From contig OZ076414.1 of the NCBI GenBank assembly GCA_964187785.1, forward strand, positions 7,936,001-8,000,000: 64,000 nucleotides of DNA, written 5' to 3'. The notes under the pieces are model-generated. The model was not told where the DNA came from. It saw only the letters and a list, made by a program, of their open reading frames with translations, and made no database searches. The first letter of the stretch is position 1. Every line of letters starts with the position of its first letter. The DNA is from Amphiscolops sp. MND2022. Taxonomy: Eukaryota. This document shows positions 61,807 to 64,000 of the stretch, piece after piece. Made by a program: the position numbers and the translations under genes.

Positions 61807-61852
61807 TATGTTATTTGGTACGTGAGTTTGGCGTTGTTTGATTAACTTAAAA
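61807..61852 (+). promoter_or_regulatory. Conserved upstream box + TATA-like element (possible Pol III upstream promoter); paralog at 62053-62092
   Basis: TATGTTATTTGGTACGTGA is identical in both units. TTAA(C/T)TTAAAA sits at -25 to -15 in both. The spacer between them is diverged (16 vs 10 nt). Confidence 0.35.
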
Positions 61853-61866
61853 TTGCTGCTCTTCCA

Positions 61867-62012
61867 ACCGAGTTAGTGTAGTGGTTAATCACGCTGTCGA
61901 GCTCATCATTTGTTAGGATGAGCTCGTTACAGTATAGGCAATTATATGTCTCGGAAGGTGAATCGGTAATTGCATCTGCGTGTTGAGAGTGGCTTGACAC
62001 TAACTCGGTTTT
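61867..62012 (+). ncRNA. Candidate ~146-nt Pol III small RNA, copy 1 (unassigned; vault-RNA-like or tRNA-derived)
   Basis: 5' ACCGAGTTAGTGT pairs perfectly with 3' ACACTAACTCGGT, followed by TTTT. A-box-like TAGTGTAGTGG. Perfect internal hairpin CGAGCTCATC/GATGAGCTCG; second helix GCAATTA/TAATTGC. Confidence 0.55.
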
Positions 62013-62106
62013 ATGTCATTTGAAACTAATTGTTTTTTTTGTTATTTGCTCGTATGTTATTTGGTACGTGATCAAGTATGATTAATTTAAAACTGCTTCT
62101 CTTCCA

Positions 62107-62254
62107 ACCGAGTTAGTGTAGTGGTTAATCACGCTGTCCAGCTCATCGTTTGTTAGGGGCAGCTCGCTACAGTATACGCAATTATATGTGTCGGAAGGTG
62201 AACCGGTAATTGCATCTGAGGGTTGTACCGTGCTTGACACTAATTCGGTTTTTT
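62107..62254 (+). ncRNA. Candidate Pol III small RNA, copy 2 (240 bp downstream)
   Basis: Same 5' end and A box; closing stem kept with one G-U; T6 terminator; first internal hairpin partly disrupted. Confidence 0.5.
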
Positions 62255-64000
62255 ATAGCCACCACAAAATCCTTCCAGATATTGTTTTCGGGATTCTTAT
62301 TCCCAAATGTTATTTGGGAATTCACCAATGTTTCCATATTGGTTGTTTGACTCGGCTTAAAATAGCAACGCTCGGTGGTTCAGAATTATAAGGTGGTTGG
62401 GAATTATATAATGGAAAAAACAATATCAGTTGGTTTAATCAAATAGTCCCCAACTGGAACAACGTTTGGAACAATTAACTAGTTCCTTTGAATTAAATTC
62501 ATCAAATTAGTTTTTTGCTTGGAATACTGTAAGTCGGACTTTAACTTTCAGAAACCAAAACGTTATGCGCATTTGAAAATTCATGCACATTTGGAAATTC
62601 ATGCACATTCACAAATATATTAATTATTTAGTTATTATAATCAAAACACCCCCCCCCCCCCCAACTGGAACAACAATGAAAATTTAAAACCTCGATTTTA
62701 CCGAACGTTGACTTTTATTAATTAATTCAGTTCATTTTTTTTTGAAATACGGTTAATTTCAAATTATTGTTCGGTATACGTGAGAAGAATATAGAATTCG
62801 GTCTCTATATCTTATTTTTGTATTGAAAAGGATCGCAGTTCTGGAGAATATTTTAATGAAAGTTGGAGTAACAAAATGGGTTTGATGATTCAACAACCGA
62901 ATCCCGCAAACTTTTGGAGAAACCAATAAAACATATGAACATATATGAATCATGATTTCGAGAGAGCAAAACACAACTTTTTATATTTCGAAAAATATTT
63001 TTACTATGTAATTCAAATTTTTATGAAGTTATTTCGAAGATCTGTCTTCTACCGCTAAGCTACGGTCGCCTTATTTTTTGATAAAATTATTTCCATCTTA
63101 TTGCGAACGCAACAATACGTTTTAGAAAGTTCTGGTCCATTTAAAACATAAAATTATCAAGTTCACCCGCCAATTTGTAAGTGTAACGGCTGCTTGATCC
63201 CTTCAATTGACCAAACTTTACGCCGCCCTGAATTCGGTGCTCGGCACTGCGGATCGTTACCGAACACTGCTTGCTTCGTAGATTAAAAGGACTGTATCTT
63301 GACTTAGTAGGATCCAATGATCCCGAATTGCATTTCTTCCTTGTCTCTTAACACGTCCAACTCTCCACAAGTTGAGAGTAACTATCTTAGTCGCCCTAAG
63401 TCTTTGGCGAAAAGTCGAAAAGAGGTGAAGAAATGAATTGAGAATTGAAATGGTCCTAAGACCCAACTTGACTACAGCTATTCAGTCGTTAAAATCTCTC
63501 TCTAATAATGGTATACATGTGGTTTACAATTCTACAGTAAGTATAGAACAAATATCAGATGAAATATGTGGTATAAATAAATGACATTTAAAGCATAAAA
63601 TGAAGTTATTGGCTAAGTAAACAAACAATGTGGTGGTTTTGGCATGTTGGTCAGGTGGGTTAGAAAGTATGTTTACACAATGTAAATATCAGTAATTTCA
63701 ACAGAGATGAATTTCCTTCAAGGTCATATGAGAGAATCACATAATAATTGATACATCAAAATTTGGGTAATTCATGGGGTCCGACCTAGGTCACTTTGGG
63801 TGTTAATTGCTCGGAACCCAGGGGAGATACGGGGTAGGTTGTTAAGAGTGAAAAGTTAGTGAATCACCACCACTATATGTGTGCCAAGTTTCAAGGTGGT
63901 TGAATGAGAGGTTTACCGGGACGGGGGGGTGGCCCTTTTTTTACATAGGGTCATTCTTGCTTAGACTTGTATTTTTCCATCTAAAATCTTGATAAGTTTT

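Noticed and set aside
61867-62012. Canonical or intron-containing tRNA
   Set aside because: Acceptor and D arm fit, but there is no 7-nt anticodon loop with U33 and no TTCRA T-loop.
62299-62321. Perfect hairpin ATTCCCAAAT-GTT-ATTTGGGAAT as a terminator or Helitron end
   Set aside because: AT-rich, no CTRR 3' end follows, and intrinsic terminators are not expected in this eukaryotic context.
63650-64000. Start of another repeat (TATGTGTGCCAAGTTTCA-type motif)
   Set aside because: Truncated by the window end; no termini or ORF to support a call.

Overview
AT-rich eukaryotic (animal-like) DNA made almost entirely of nested, mostly decayed transposable elements. I found no supportable host protein-coding gene, rRNA, canonical tRNA or CRISPR array, and I cannot establish the organism. 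Left to right: (1) two head-to-head BEL/Pao LTR retroelement relics, the left one interrupted by a CACTG-ended MITE; (2) a decayed Gypsy pol; (3) a 4.2-kb tandem duplication containing a 1.6-kb quasi-palindrome; (4) a nearly intact, intron-containing tyrosine-recombinase (Crypton-like) element sitting in an (ATT)n microsatellite; (5) a 2.1-kb Gypsy solo LTR with a 1.37-kb tandem duplication; (6) a decayed zinc-finger/hAT-like spliced gene; (7) a near full-length Gypsy whose gag starts inside its LTR; (8) a second Gypsy relic; (9) a nearly intact CR1/L2-type LINE; (10) a MITE carrying a 170-bp array; (11) more LTR pieces and a second zinc-finger/hAT-like relic; (12) two tandem copies of a ~146-nt structured, Pol III-like small RNA gene that I cannot assign to a known family. 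The best leads are that small-RNA candidate, the Crypton-like element and the coding LTRs. All alignments were done by eye, so boundaries marked ~ are approximate.
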